From: an uncultured virus (IMG/VR IMGVR_UViG_3300038828_000071)
Taxonomy: Duplodnaviria > Heunggongvirae > Uroviricota > Caudoviricetes
Direction: 5' to 3' (one strand)
IMG/VR virus record: IMGVR_UViG_3300038828_000071
Span: 1 to 64,000 of that record
Length of the DNA stretch: 64,000 bases
Positions 27,549 through 37,400 of the stretch are shown here, piece after piece. Under the pieces are notes generated by a model that searched no databases, was not told where the DNA came from, and saw only the letters and a program-made list of their open reading frames with translations. The translations under genes were made by a program, and so were the position numbers. How positions within the stretch are numbered: the stretch's first letter is position 1; each line of letters begins with the position of its first letter.

Positions 27549-28731
27549 TCCAACATCAAACATAATTAAATCGTTAAGCGTATCAGGACAGTTTGTTTTA
27601 AACAACAAATTGTATTTTATTGATTTGGAATCAATGCGTAATTTAGGTTTAAATAATAATCTTGCCTATACTTATTACAAAGGCATGATTGTTTTTTGCC
27701 TTGAAACGAAAAAAGAATATATCTGGGATGAAAAAAATACTATTATTTATTTACCTGGAGTGCTTAGTACTGATTTTGTATATGCTGATGGAACAATTTC
27801 TAATGAAATAGATTATAGTAATAAATTGTATAACTTCTATGAGTACAATGAGTATTATCATATAAATGTAATAGATATTTCAAGCAATGTAAATCTAAAT
27901 GATTATTTAGAAATTGGAATGTATGTTTTTACATCTAAATTAAATCAAGAGTTCCTATTTTCATATCAAAATGCTTATGGTCCAAACGAAGATTTATATC
28001 CTTTATCTTTTAATGGTATTTATAAAAATACTACTTTCCTTAAAGTCGAAAAAAATATTGATATAGTTAATCAGGAAGAATATTCGGTTAGACAAACTAT
28101 TATTAATTATTTCAATGGAGAAGTATATTCAAGAATTGTTTGGAGAAGTGATAAAACTGGTTTACCATGGTTTCGTAATTATAACGTTATCCCAGATTGG
28201 AATCAATCTAATTCAGAAAAACCAGATTACATAAAAAACAAACCAACCATTCCATCATTTTCACAAACACAAAGCGATTGGAATCAAAGTAATAATGCTT
28301 CTGTTGATTACATTAAAAATAAACCTGATATTCCATCATCACAAATACAAAGTGATTGGAATCAAAGAAATAATGCTGCTCTTGATTTTATTAAAAATAA
28401 ACCTGCCATTCCAAACACAACAACACTTGGAACCTATATTAAAATTGACATAGGCGCTTGGGATGTTAAAAATCAAAGTTTGTTTGTAAAAACATTATCT
28501 TTATTGGAAGCTGATTTGGATAAAATTAGATCAATTGAAGTTGTATTAAAGCCGGATTACTACGGAACATCAAAAACAATTCTTACAACTTCATATATTC
28601 AAATTGCAAAAATTGAATATAAAGGAACTTGTCAATTGTTTTTAGAAAGAACTGTAAATGATATTTGGGACAATTACACAAGTACATCTGTAAACAGAGG
28701 ACATGTATTAATACATTTTTTCAATGATTAA
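27541..28731 (+). CDS. tail fibre/structural protein with DWNQ...D(Y/F)IKNKP repeats
   Basis: Three repeats at about 28195-28406. Confidence 0.65.
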   Translation: MSNPTSNIIKSLSVSGQFVLNNKLYFIDLESMRNLGLNNNLAYTYYKGMIVFCLETKKEYIWDEKNTIIYLPGVLSTDFVYADGTISNEIDYSNKLYNFYEYNEYYHINVIDISSNVNLNDYLEIGMYVFTSKLNQEFLFSYQNAYGPNEDLYPLSFNGIYKNTTFLKVEKNIDIVNQEEYSVRQTIINYFNGEVYSRIVWRSDKTGLPWFRNYNVIPDWNQSNSEKPDYIKNKPTIPSFSQTQSDWNQSNNASVDYIKNKPDIPSSQIQSDWNQRNNAALDFIKNKPAIPNTTTLGTYIKIDIGAWDVKNQSLFVKTLSLLEADLDKIRSIEVVLKPDYYGTSKTILTTSYIQIAKIEYKGTCQLFLERTVNDIWDNYTSTSVNRGHVLIHFFND

Positions 28732-29638
28732 TGGATTTAAAATATTAAAACTACCTAAATATCATTTATTGGAAATTAATTCAATCAGTGCTATTGAAAA
28801 TCTTTATTACGATATTAGTGATTATGACAATATGAAGCTAATATCTAATGGAGTAAAAGGAATTTCTATTGACCAAGTAGATGTTTGTTTTATTTATGAA
28901 ACTGAAAAGAGTGAAAGAAAAGAAATTAAAAAAACTATTTTTATAAATAATAAAGTTGAGGAAGATATATGCACATCGGTAGATAATCAAGTTGATGTTA
29001 ATGCCGGTGATTTTGTTTTTTTATCAGATTTAATAGCCTTATTTAATAACTCTGTTGACAGAATTAAGATTATAAGTAAAAGCAATAATCTTAATTTAAT
29101 GGACCTTGATGGTAATTCTTTTTATAAAGATGAACTTAATTATTTAGATTTACTAAATTCAAAAATAAAGAGTTTATCATTTGGTGACGAAATATGGTTT
29201 ACGTATATAGTTGGAAATCACATTGGATATAATGAATCTAATATTTATACATTTTCAATATCAACCGGATCATTAGCTAAAATAGAAATTATTAAAGAAG
29301 AACTTTTAGTTGGAGAAAAATTAAGTTATTTATTACTTATATCTAATGGAAATTCTAATAAAGTGTGTAATTTTGAATTTACATTGTCAGGTACATTATT
29401 AAATACAAATGATAATTACGTTTCTATAGATAATGAGTTGTTTAATCAAAATGATTCTGGCAATAGAAATGTAACTTTGGATGATAATGGTAGTTTCTAT
29501 TTAAATATAGAAATTGGAAACGTAGAACAAATACAAGTAGAAAGTATAGATATAAGCATAACATTAGTAAGTATTGATTCCGATACGAACATTGTTGATC
29601 AAGATAATAAAACAATAACAATCTCTAAAACATTATAA
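28724..29638 (+). CDS. putative structural protein (beta-rich)
   Basis: Tail-region ORF. Confidence 0.45.
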   Translation: MINGFKILKLPKYHLLEINSISAIENLYYDISDYDNMKLISNGVKGISIDQVDVCFIYETEKSERKEIKKTIFINNKVEEDICTSVDNQVDVNAGDFVFLSDLIALFNNSVDRIKIISKSNNLNLMDLDGNSFYKDELNYLDLLNSKIKSLSFGDEIWFTYIVGNHIGYNESNIYTFSISTGSLAKIEIIKEELLVGEKLSYLLLISNGNSNKVCNFEFTLSGTLLNTNDNYVSIDNELFNQNDSGNRNVTLDDNGSFYLNIEIGNVEQIQVESIDISITLVSIDSDTNIVDQDNKTITISKTL

Positions 29639-29639
29639 A

Positions 29640-29888
29640 ATGAAAAAATTATATTCAATAGATAATTACATTATTTATGAGGACAATGGAGTTCAAGCAA
29701 TATTTCCAAAAAAAGAAAGTTTTTATGACGTTGCCGGACCAGAGACATTTTCTTTAAATCATTCTATTACTGGTAATAAAGTTATCTTACCAAAAAATGG
29801 TGGTAATATCTTTGATAACTTCGGGAGTGAATATAATGATTCTAAATTATTAGAATTCCTTCAAGGTCAAACATCGATATATAAATAA
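29640..29888 (+). CDS. hypothetical protein
   Basis: ORF track. Confidence 0.5.
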   Translation: MKKLYSIDNYIIYEDNGVQAIFPKKESFYDVAGPETFSLNHSITGNKVILPKNGGNIFDNFGSEYNDSKLLEFLQGQTSIYK

Positions 29889-29896
29889 TTATTACA

Positions 29897-30232
29897 ATGA
29901 TTAAATTTCATAATCCGACAATAATAGATAAGGTTGTAGTAGCAACCTCAAACATATCTAATGAGGTGCGTTTTAAAAGCACCACAGCATTTAATACGTC
30001 TATTGTTAAAGTAGTTGTTTCAGATGACTTTAATGTTATCAAAGAATATACATTAGAAAATGGATTATTATCTTTTGAAGATGAAAATAAGATTGTAAAA
30101 TATTTTTACAATGGATCTGATTTTCAAAATTATGCCGGTAAAGAATTGAATGTTGAAATAACTTTAATTGTTTCCGGACAAGTAGAAATAAAGCATAAAT
30201 TAAAAATTGAAAATACAAGAATAGATGGTTGA
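29897..30232 (+). CDS. hypothetical tail-region protein
   Basis: ORF track. Confidence 0.5.
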   Translation: MIKFHNPTIIDKVVVATSNISNEVRFKSTTAFNTSIVKVVVSDDFNVIKEYTLENGLLSFEDENKIVKYFYNGSDFQNYAGKELNVEITLIVSGQVEIKHKLKIENTRIDG

Positions 30233-31133
30233 TAATATTGAGATATCGCAACAAATTAATAATGTAGAAGTAATAGAAAAAAATGTTAATATTAATCTTA
30301 ATGTTAATGTTGAGCCTATTATTAATATAGTTAATGTTATTAAAGAAGAAGCGGTTATACAATATAATATCGAAGTAAATCCTTTATATTTAGGAGTCCC
30401 TGGGGCCCCTTTTACCTACGACGATTTCACTCCTGAGCAACTCGCAGCATTAAAAGGTAAGGATCAATATCAATCATATCTAGACACAACAACCGACGTA
30501 CCTCCACTTAGTGAAGCTGAATGGTCTGAAAGTTTTGACTTGTTGCAAACTATTGATGCGCTACCCGAAGCCACAACAATAGCACCAACCGACAAACTAA
30601 TGGTTTTGCAAGGTGGGGAGTTGAAAAGAGTTGAGAGTAGTTTGGTTCAACAAAAAATGATTAAAAAAATTCAATTTAATCTAAACGTGTCATGTAATAA
30701 TACAGCGAATTATATAACGGCTAACGATTCTACAGGATGGCTAGGAAACAATGAGCATTTACAATCTATTGGAACTAATCCACTTTCTTTTTCAGGAAAT
30801 GTCCCTGTGCTTTTTTGGTGCAAAGAAAATTTAACTATTAAAAAATTTAGTGGTTTTTTTAAAAGTTATTTGGGTTCAAATTTTACACTGACTATTGTAA
30901 AGGCAAATTTATCATTAAATAAAGAAAATTACATCAATCCTGTTATTATATTAGATAATTATGCAATAATTACGGCACACGGTAGGCATGAAAATTTTGA
31001 AATAACAAATTTTATTGCAAACGAATTAATCGCGGGTGATTTACTTTTTTTATTTTTTCGCACACCAACGCCAAACGGAAATAATCAAAGGTTTTGGCAA
31101 TCATACGGACAAATTGAACTTGAACAAATATGA
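30225..31133 (+). CDS. tail fibre / receptor-binding protein
   Basis: G.PFTYDDFTPEQLAALKG and SYL.TT.D.P.LSEAEW fibre motifs, LPEAT...TD.L repeat, beta-rich C-terminal head. Confidence 0.7.
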   Translation: MVDNIEISQQINNVEVIEKNVNINLNVNVEPIINIVNVIKEEAVIQYNIEVNPLYLGVPGAPFTYDDFTPEQLAALKGKDQYQSYLDTTTDVPPLSEAEWSESFDLLQTIDALPEATTIAPTDKLMVLQGGELKRVESSLVQQKMIKKIQFNLNVSCNNTANYITANDSTGWLGNNEHLQSIGTNPLSFSGNVPVLFWCKENLTIKKFSGFFKSYLGSNFTLTIVKANLSLNKENYINPVIILDNYAIITAHGRHENFEITNFIANELIAGDLLFLFFRTPTPNGNNQRFWQSYGQIELEQI

Positions 31134-31513
31134 AAACAAGATTAATTAATGGGAAAAAAACAGGAAACTATTCAGATGAATGGTTATCTAAAAATGCGAA
31201 TGAAATCATTAACGGTCAAAAAGTTTCAGAATGGGATTTGATTGATTTTGTTGATGAAGAAGAAAAAGCAACTTATATGTTTGCAAAAAACATGAAATTC
31301 CGTTTAGCATTGATAAAAATAGGAATTTCGATTAAAAGTATAGACGACGCTATTGATCTGATGCCAGAAGGCAAAAAAAAAGAGATTATTTATACATTAT
31401 GGAATTATTCTGATTTTCTTGAGCGTAATGACTCAAATCTGATAGAAATGGCAGAACAATTCGGAATATCTAGCGAGCAATTAGACCAACTTTTTAAATT
31501 AGCAAACGAATGA
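31130..31513 (+). CDS. putative tail-fibre assembly chaperone
   Basis: FRLAL...W.Y....R....I..MA...G.S.EQLD.LF..A pattern; follows fibre gene. Confidence 0.6.
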   Translation: MKTRLINGKKTGNYSDEWLSKNANEIINGQKVSEWDLIDFVDEEEKATYMFAKNMKFRLALIKIGISIKSIDDAIDLMPEGKKKEIIYTLWNYSDFLERNDSNLIEMAEQFGISSEQLDQLFKLANE

Positions 31514-31959
31514 AAATACTTATAACATTATCAGTTATAGCAATAATAGTACTATTTTATGGCGTGGTATTATCTATGCTTGCCAAATTGTTAGGGATGA
31601 TTCTTACAATTCCTAACATTATTATTGTCGCTTTTAAATATAAAAAAACAAATGGGTATTTAAAAGCATTTAATAATTATAATTTTCAAGATGCACTTGA
31701 GACAGATATTTTCCTACATTATAATCTTAGAACTTTTTGGAACACTACCCTTTCAAAAGGAGGTGTGAAGTTTGGCTTTAAAACTGAAAATCACGATGAA
31801 GAACTTATAACTCTTTCAGCAAGGATTGGTGAAAAGTATTTAGAAAAATCTTTGTCAATTACAGGATTAGTGTTGTATTATTTTCTGTATGTTATTGATT
31901 TTGGAAAGTGGAAAAATGGAGGACATTGTATTAATGCGTATAACTCAACTTTAAAATGA
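31510..31959 (+). CDS. membrane protein
   Basis: N-terminal TM; FG....T.S...G...L...D......HC pattern. Confidence 0.55.
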   Translation: MKILITLSVIAIIVLFYGVVLSMLAKLLGMILTIPNIIIVAFKYKKTNGYLKAFNNYNFQDALETDIFLHYNLRTFWNTTLSKGGVKFGFKTENHDEELITLSARIGEKYLEKSLSITGLVLYYFLYVIDFGKWKNGGHCINAYNSTLK

Positions 31960-31968
31960 TTAATTAAA

Positions 31969-32436
31969 ATGAAAAAACTATTATTAGTATTTATATTATT
32001 TATAACAATAACAACCTCCGCTCAACATCAATTCAATATTAGTGTTGATGTAAAAAATCTAATTATAGGAAGTGAACCAACTCAAAATAATCCTGCATTA
32101 GATTTAACCTTAACTTATAAGGTTAGACAAAATAACTTTGAGTTGTTACTAACATCAGAATTATTCCCAACAATAGATTACTATGACTATACGATAGGAG
32201 TAGGGTTCTATCAAGGTCAAAAGTTTGTAAAATATGCTAACTTTAATGTTGGTCAAATAATTCGTGGTAACGTAGGTTTTGGAAACTATGAAATGAATAT
32301 TGGCTTAGAATATTATTTCAATAAAATTGGATTTGGAATAGAAACGAATATAAACCGTAGGATTGATTTACACGTTATGTACGATGTTTATCAGCCTGTG
32401 ATCACAAATAATGTTACAATTATTTATAAATTATAA
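31969..32436 (+). CDS. putative outer-membrane beta-barrel protein
   Basis: Sec signal peptide ending SA-Q, amphipathic beta strands, C-terminal IIYKL. Confidence 0.6.
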   Translation: MKKLLLVFILFITITTSAQHQFNISVDVKNLIIGSEPTQNNPALDLTLTYKVRQNNFELLLTSELFPTIDYYDYTIGVGFYQGQKFVKYANFNVGQIIRGNVGFGNYEMNIGLEYYFNKIGFGIETNINRRIDLHVMYDVYQPVITNNVTIIYKL

Positions 32437-32556
32437 AAGATAATAAATCAATGATAAAATTTCATAATCCGAATATTATTGACTTTACTAAATGAAAAAA
32501 AGAAGTACATTGTATTAATGCTTATTTACAAACAAAAAATAATTAATTAATTAAAA

Positions 32557-33111
32557 ATGAAAAGACTTATGACAAATTTTTTTTACTCCCTATTAGTAGC
32601 AAGTGATGGTAGATTTGAAATTATAGACAGAACCATAGCATGGTTAAAAATTGCTATATTCTCTTTTATTACATCAGGATTTATAATCTCACTTCAAAAC
32701 GAATTTAATGTTTGGTTTAGTGATAATCAAAAATTTGTAAATGGATTTATTATCGTAATGATTGCGAATATCATTTTAGGAGGTATAAGGCATCTAAAAA
32801 CAAAAACATTCAGTTGGCATCAATTCCTTGTTAAAAATTCAATCATGATGTTCGTTGTGTCTATAGTGTACTTATTATTACATCGATTACATTTATCGAG
32901 TGGTGATAATATGTTGAGCAATGGATTTGAAAGCTTTATTCAGGTTCTTACACTATTTTATCCAATTTCAAAAGCTATAAAAAGTTTATACATTATAAGC
33001 AATGGAGATTACCCACCTAAGTTTATAATGGAAAAAATATATAACTTTGAAAAAGATGGAGATTTAAAAGAACTATTTTCTCAACCAAATAAGAAAGAAG
33101 ATGAATCTTAA
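32557..33111 (+). CDS. holin
   Basis: Several TM helices directly upstream of endolysin. Confidence 0.7.
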   Translation: MKRLMTNFFYSLLVASDGRFEIIDRTIAWLKIAIFSFITSGFIISLQNEFNVWFSDNQKFVNGFIIVMIANIILGGIRHLKTKTFSWHQFLVKNSIMMFVVSIVYLLLHRLHLSSGDNMLSNGFESFIQVLTLFYPISKAIKSLYIISNGDYPPKFIMEKIYNFEKDGDLKELFSQPNKKEDES

Positions 33112-33667
33112 TCAAAAACATACATTTCAAAGAATTCAAGTTTCAAAAAATTGGTACTTAGATGAATTTGTTGATCCAGAGACATTCTTTACAGAAGTAG
33201 ATAATGGTAGGTCTAAAATTGATGATAACATCATAAATATAGCCCAACAATTAAGAAATGATGATGGTAGAACAATGACTTGTAATACTTGGTGGGGATA
33301 TTACATTAAACATAAGGATAAAAAAACATTGGAAGAAATATTGAAAGATATTCTTTCAATTGATTCTATTAAAAAGTGGTCCGGTTTAAGAACCAATAAA
33401 TGTAAAATCGGTTCTCCAACTTCCGCCCATAAAATTATTAAAGGAAGAAATTCAAAATGTTTGGCATTAGATTTACGTAGTAGATATAAAGAATATCATT
33501 CAATCATAATGAATAACAAAAAAAGCTATTACAATTTAGGATTAAGAAGAATAGAGGACTTATCCATTACTGTAAGTTGGCTTCATGTTGATTGCCTAAA
33601 CAAAAATACAATAGCAAATCACTTAAGAATTATTTTTAAAACAAAAGCATATAACGTTAAAATATAA
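33101..33667 (+). CDS. endolysin, peptidase M15 family
   Basis: SGLR...SAH......LALD...WLHVD zinc-peptidase motifs. Confidence 0.8.
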   Translation: MNLNQKHTFQRIQVSKNWYLDEFVDPETFFTEVDNGRSKIDDNIINIAQQLRNDDGRTMTCNTWWGYYIKHKDKKTLEEILKDILSIDSIKKWSGLRTNKCKIGSPTSAHKIIKGRNSKCLALDLRSRYKEYHSIIMNNKKSYYNLGLRRIEDLSITVSWLHVDCLNKNTIANHLRIIFKTKAYNVKI

Positions 33668-33671
33668 ACCA

Positions 33672-34049
33672 ATGACTAATAAAAAAATCTTTTACGGAAT
33701 AATTATTTTATTACTTATCTCTTTATTTAGTAATTTTGGACTTTCAAATTATTACTATAAAGAAAATAATAAAATAAAAAAAGAAAATATAGATTCCATC
33801 AAAAAGTTAAATCAAGAAATTGATAAATTAATTTTAGATCGAGTTTATATCCAGGGACAAAAACAAGAATTAGAAAATAAGTACAATAAAAAAGAAAAAG
33901 AAATTGAAATCATTATCAATAAATTAAACCAAATCCATATTCAAAATGAAAAAACTAAAAATATTTACAACAATTCTTCTGTTGATGAACGTATTAAGTT
34001 ATTCACAGACCTATCAAGATACAATTATAAGCCCAGAGATACTTTATAA
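33672..34049 (+). CDS. i-spanin-like protein
   Basis: N-terminal TM plus coiled coil after endolysin. Confidence 0.55.
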   Translation: MTNKKIFYGIIILLLISLFSNFGLSNYYYKENNKIKKENIDSIKKLNQEIDKLILDRVYIQGQKQELENKYNKKEKEIEIIINKLNQIHIQNEKTKNIYNNSSVDERIKLFTDLSRYNYKPRDTL

Positions 34050-34428
34050 TGGATTACCTAAAAAAGTTTCTCTAAACGAACAAAAAGGGTTATTCATTTC
34101 CTTTTATCTAATGGATAGCATATCTAATAAATTGATAGATTTGAATTCATGTGTAAATGAAAATTACTTATTACAAAAACAAATCGAAAAAGAAATAAAA
34201 GCAAAAGAATCCCTACGAGAATATATTTCATTAGATAAGGTAGAGATAGCAAATCTAAATAAAGAAATAAAAGATCGTGTTGAAATAGAAAAAATAAATA
34301 ATGAAACAATTATCGCTCTTGAAAATGATATAAAGTATTTCAGAAAAAAAGGTAATGTAAAATTAATTAAGGGCGTTTTGATAGGTGTTACGGCAACCGG
34401 ATTATTAATATTAGGATTATCTTTATAA
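33946..34428 (+). CDS. spanin-partner-like protein
   Basis: Overlaps previous gene; signal peptide, coiled coil, C-terminal hydrophobic helix. Confidence 0.5.
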   Translation: MKKLKIFTTILLLMNVLSYSQTYQDTIISPEILYNGLPKKVSLNEQKGLFISFYLMDSISNKLIDLNSCVNENYLLQKQIEKEIKAKESLREYISLDKVEIANLNKEIKDRVEIEKINNETIIALENDIKYFRKKGNVKLIKGVLIGVTATGLLILGLSL

Positions 34429-34429
34429 T

Positions 34430-37400
34430 ATGAATTTTAATGCATTACATACATTCGTAAAAGGTTTACAAGGTGATTTTGTAAACAATGCAGAAACTAA
34501 TGAAACATTTCAAAAAGGTGTTAATGGTAGATTAGTTTCTAAAAATGGTATGTTGTCATTTAGTTCTATTCAAGGTAATAAAAAAGTATATGAAAACGAA
34601 AATATTATAAAATATCTTGGGTATGAAGCTTTCATTGACGAGCTTATCATATTTGTGAAATTAAAGTGTGATCAGAATGAAATAATATCTACTGAAACAA
34701 TCACTGAAGATATTGTTACAATAGATAATATTCCAAATGCCGAAATTGTCGATGGTGAGTTTAATTTTCAATTTACAGATGTAGAAGTAACAGAAAGTCA
34801 AATTGAATATGAACAAATCGTAAATAATAATACTATTGGAGAATGTGAAGTATCTATTGAAAGCTTTGATCCTTCTAATTTATATTCTATCAATAATAAC
34901 GTTCCTAATTTATTAGCTTGTAATCAAGTTGATACAAGTATTCCAATAAACAATCAGGATTATTGTGATGCTATATTTTCATTAAAGTATGATGCTTTAA
35001 ACCAACTTCAATCTACTCTTATATGGAAAGGGTATCAGAATTGGGATATAAATAGCAAAATAGTCTGTTTAGGAATTAAAGAAACCCAAAATATTAAGAG
35101 TATTTACTATACTGATTTTCTAAATCCTTTTAGAAAAGTAAATATAAAAAATACCGGAACCGTAACTCAAAATGCCGATGACTTTTCTTTATTTCAAAAT
35201 ACTCCATTGATAAATCCAAAGTTTATTGAATACATTGATGGATCATTATTTGGAATGTCTGTATTTTATACATATAGGCTTATTGCTAAGAATGGTCAAC
35301 TAACAGAATTTAGTCCATTGAGTAATGCTGTTATCATTCCAAAAAAATATACAAATGATGAATTTGAAGGATCGGAACCGGAAGAAATAACTTCTTTTGG
35401 AGTTAAGATAAAATGTGAAATTTTAAATACTAACAATTATATTGAGGTAGAAGCTTATGCAATCGAGTATCAAGCTAAAGATGTTCCAACAGCAATAAGA
35501 AAGTTAGGCACCAAAAATATTAATGGTGTGGTTGAATTTAATCACACCGGTAATGAAGAAGAATATTCAAACTCAACAACAATTATAGATTTATTAAACA
35601 ATAAGTCAAATTGGCAATACTGTTCTGCTTTAGAGCATAAAGATAATATGCTAATTGTTGGTGGAATTAGAAATAATCCAATTAGTAAAATAGAAGATGA
35701 ATTAAGGTCTGATTTTAAATTAAAAGCATGGGATCAATATTCAAATACATTTGAAGGATGCCAATACAATCCGGACCCTAAATTGTACAAATATATTTTT
35801 CCGGGATTCACAGAAAAACTAAAATTGACAAAAGAGATACATTATAAATCTATAAGAGTATATGGAAACTATAATGTTAAATTAAAAAATTCTTTATATG
35901 AAATATCATTAAACGTTATTAATTCTAATAATTACAATGAAAATATAACCTCTATAAAGAATTGGTTAATTGAGCAATCCTTGACAAATGATTTTCAAAC
36001 ATTGTTTAGTAATCTTAAAATATCTTTTGTAGATGGTGTATTAGTATTTGGAAGAATTGATGAAAATATACTTACCGATTTAAATGATTATGAATTTACA
36101 TTTTCAACATTGCAAGTTCAAATAGACAGTGAGTATGTTTATGATTTTAATTCAAATACTCCTACCGGGCAAAAAGTAAATGGAGCTATTTCATATGGAT
36201 TTAATTCAGGTAATGGCATTAGAATATCATTTACTACAGAAGATGAAAAAGTATTAAAAAAAGCAACTGAAACATATGAAGGAAATGATAAAATATTTAA
36301 TCTTTATTTACCAAACTTAAAAAAAGGATTTTTTAAGAATGAGATATATAGACTGTTTATTGAATTTAAAACAAATCAAGAAAAACTATTTGCTATACCA
36401 TTGGGAGATATTTGTATTCCAAAAACAGATGAAATCATATCATTTATAGATGAAGATGGAAATGCCGTAATAACCACGAATAAATATGTAAATCAATTTA
36501 CAATTAACAACGATTTATATGTACAAAAAATAAAAATTAAAATAGAAGTACGTTTAAATTGTAAATTCAAAAAAGATATCAAAACATATCAATTGATGTA
36601 TGTTGAAAGAACTGAAGATAATAGAACCATATTAGCGCAAGGTATTTCTGCTCCATTGATGAAATTCCAAAGAACATCTAAATATTTAAACTATTTTTTC
36701 AATAAAGAAGAAACACTTGTTGATCATTGGCTGTTACCATATGCCGGTGGTCCTGCTTATGAATTATCAGGATTCCAACAATATGATGAAAATGGAAACT
36801 CTTATGATGAAGAATTATGGTCTGGTGATTCAACATCAAGTGAAGGAATAGAAGTTGCTCGTAAAAGAGTAATTTACAGTCGTAATTTAATGTATTTTGA
36901 CGCTCCAGATATAATATTTGGTGGTGTATCATCAAGATATGTCTCAGGAAGTAAATTAAGTCTTATAGGCATTGTTTCTACTGATGAAGAAAATTCTATT
37001 ATTTCTAAATCGGGACGAACAATAAATAATGTTATAACTAATGAAGTTATTAATTTAGAAACATATCCAAAGTTTTCAAGGAAAATTTATTGGGAAAAAA
37101 CAAGCCTTAATGAAAATTTGCCTTATCCAAGGATAGCGCATACAGACTTTCAAGATTATTGGAATAATGCATCCGTATTCTCAAATATTAAATATTTAGA
37201 TGCCATTCATTCAGTCAATAGTAATATTGAATTAAATCCCGGAGAAGTTACTTATAAAGATGAATTAAATCTTTCTCATAACATCGCGAATAATGCCATG
37301 TACACACCAATGAACCAATCATGGTTTTATGGTCGAGCTCAAAGATGTTTTTCTCAATTAGGTGGTGATTGTGATGATGAATTTAAATATAAGGTAATTA

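Noticed and set aside
27541..31133. Diversity-generating retroelement targeting tail fibres
   Set aside because: No reverse transcriptase and no adenine-specific template/variable repeat pair seen in this window
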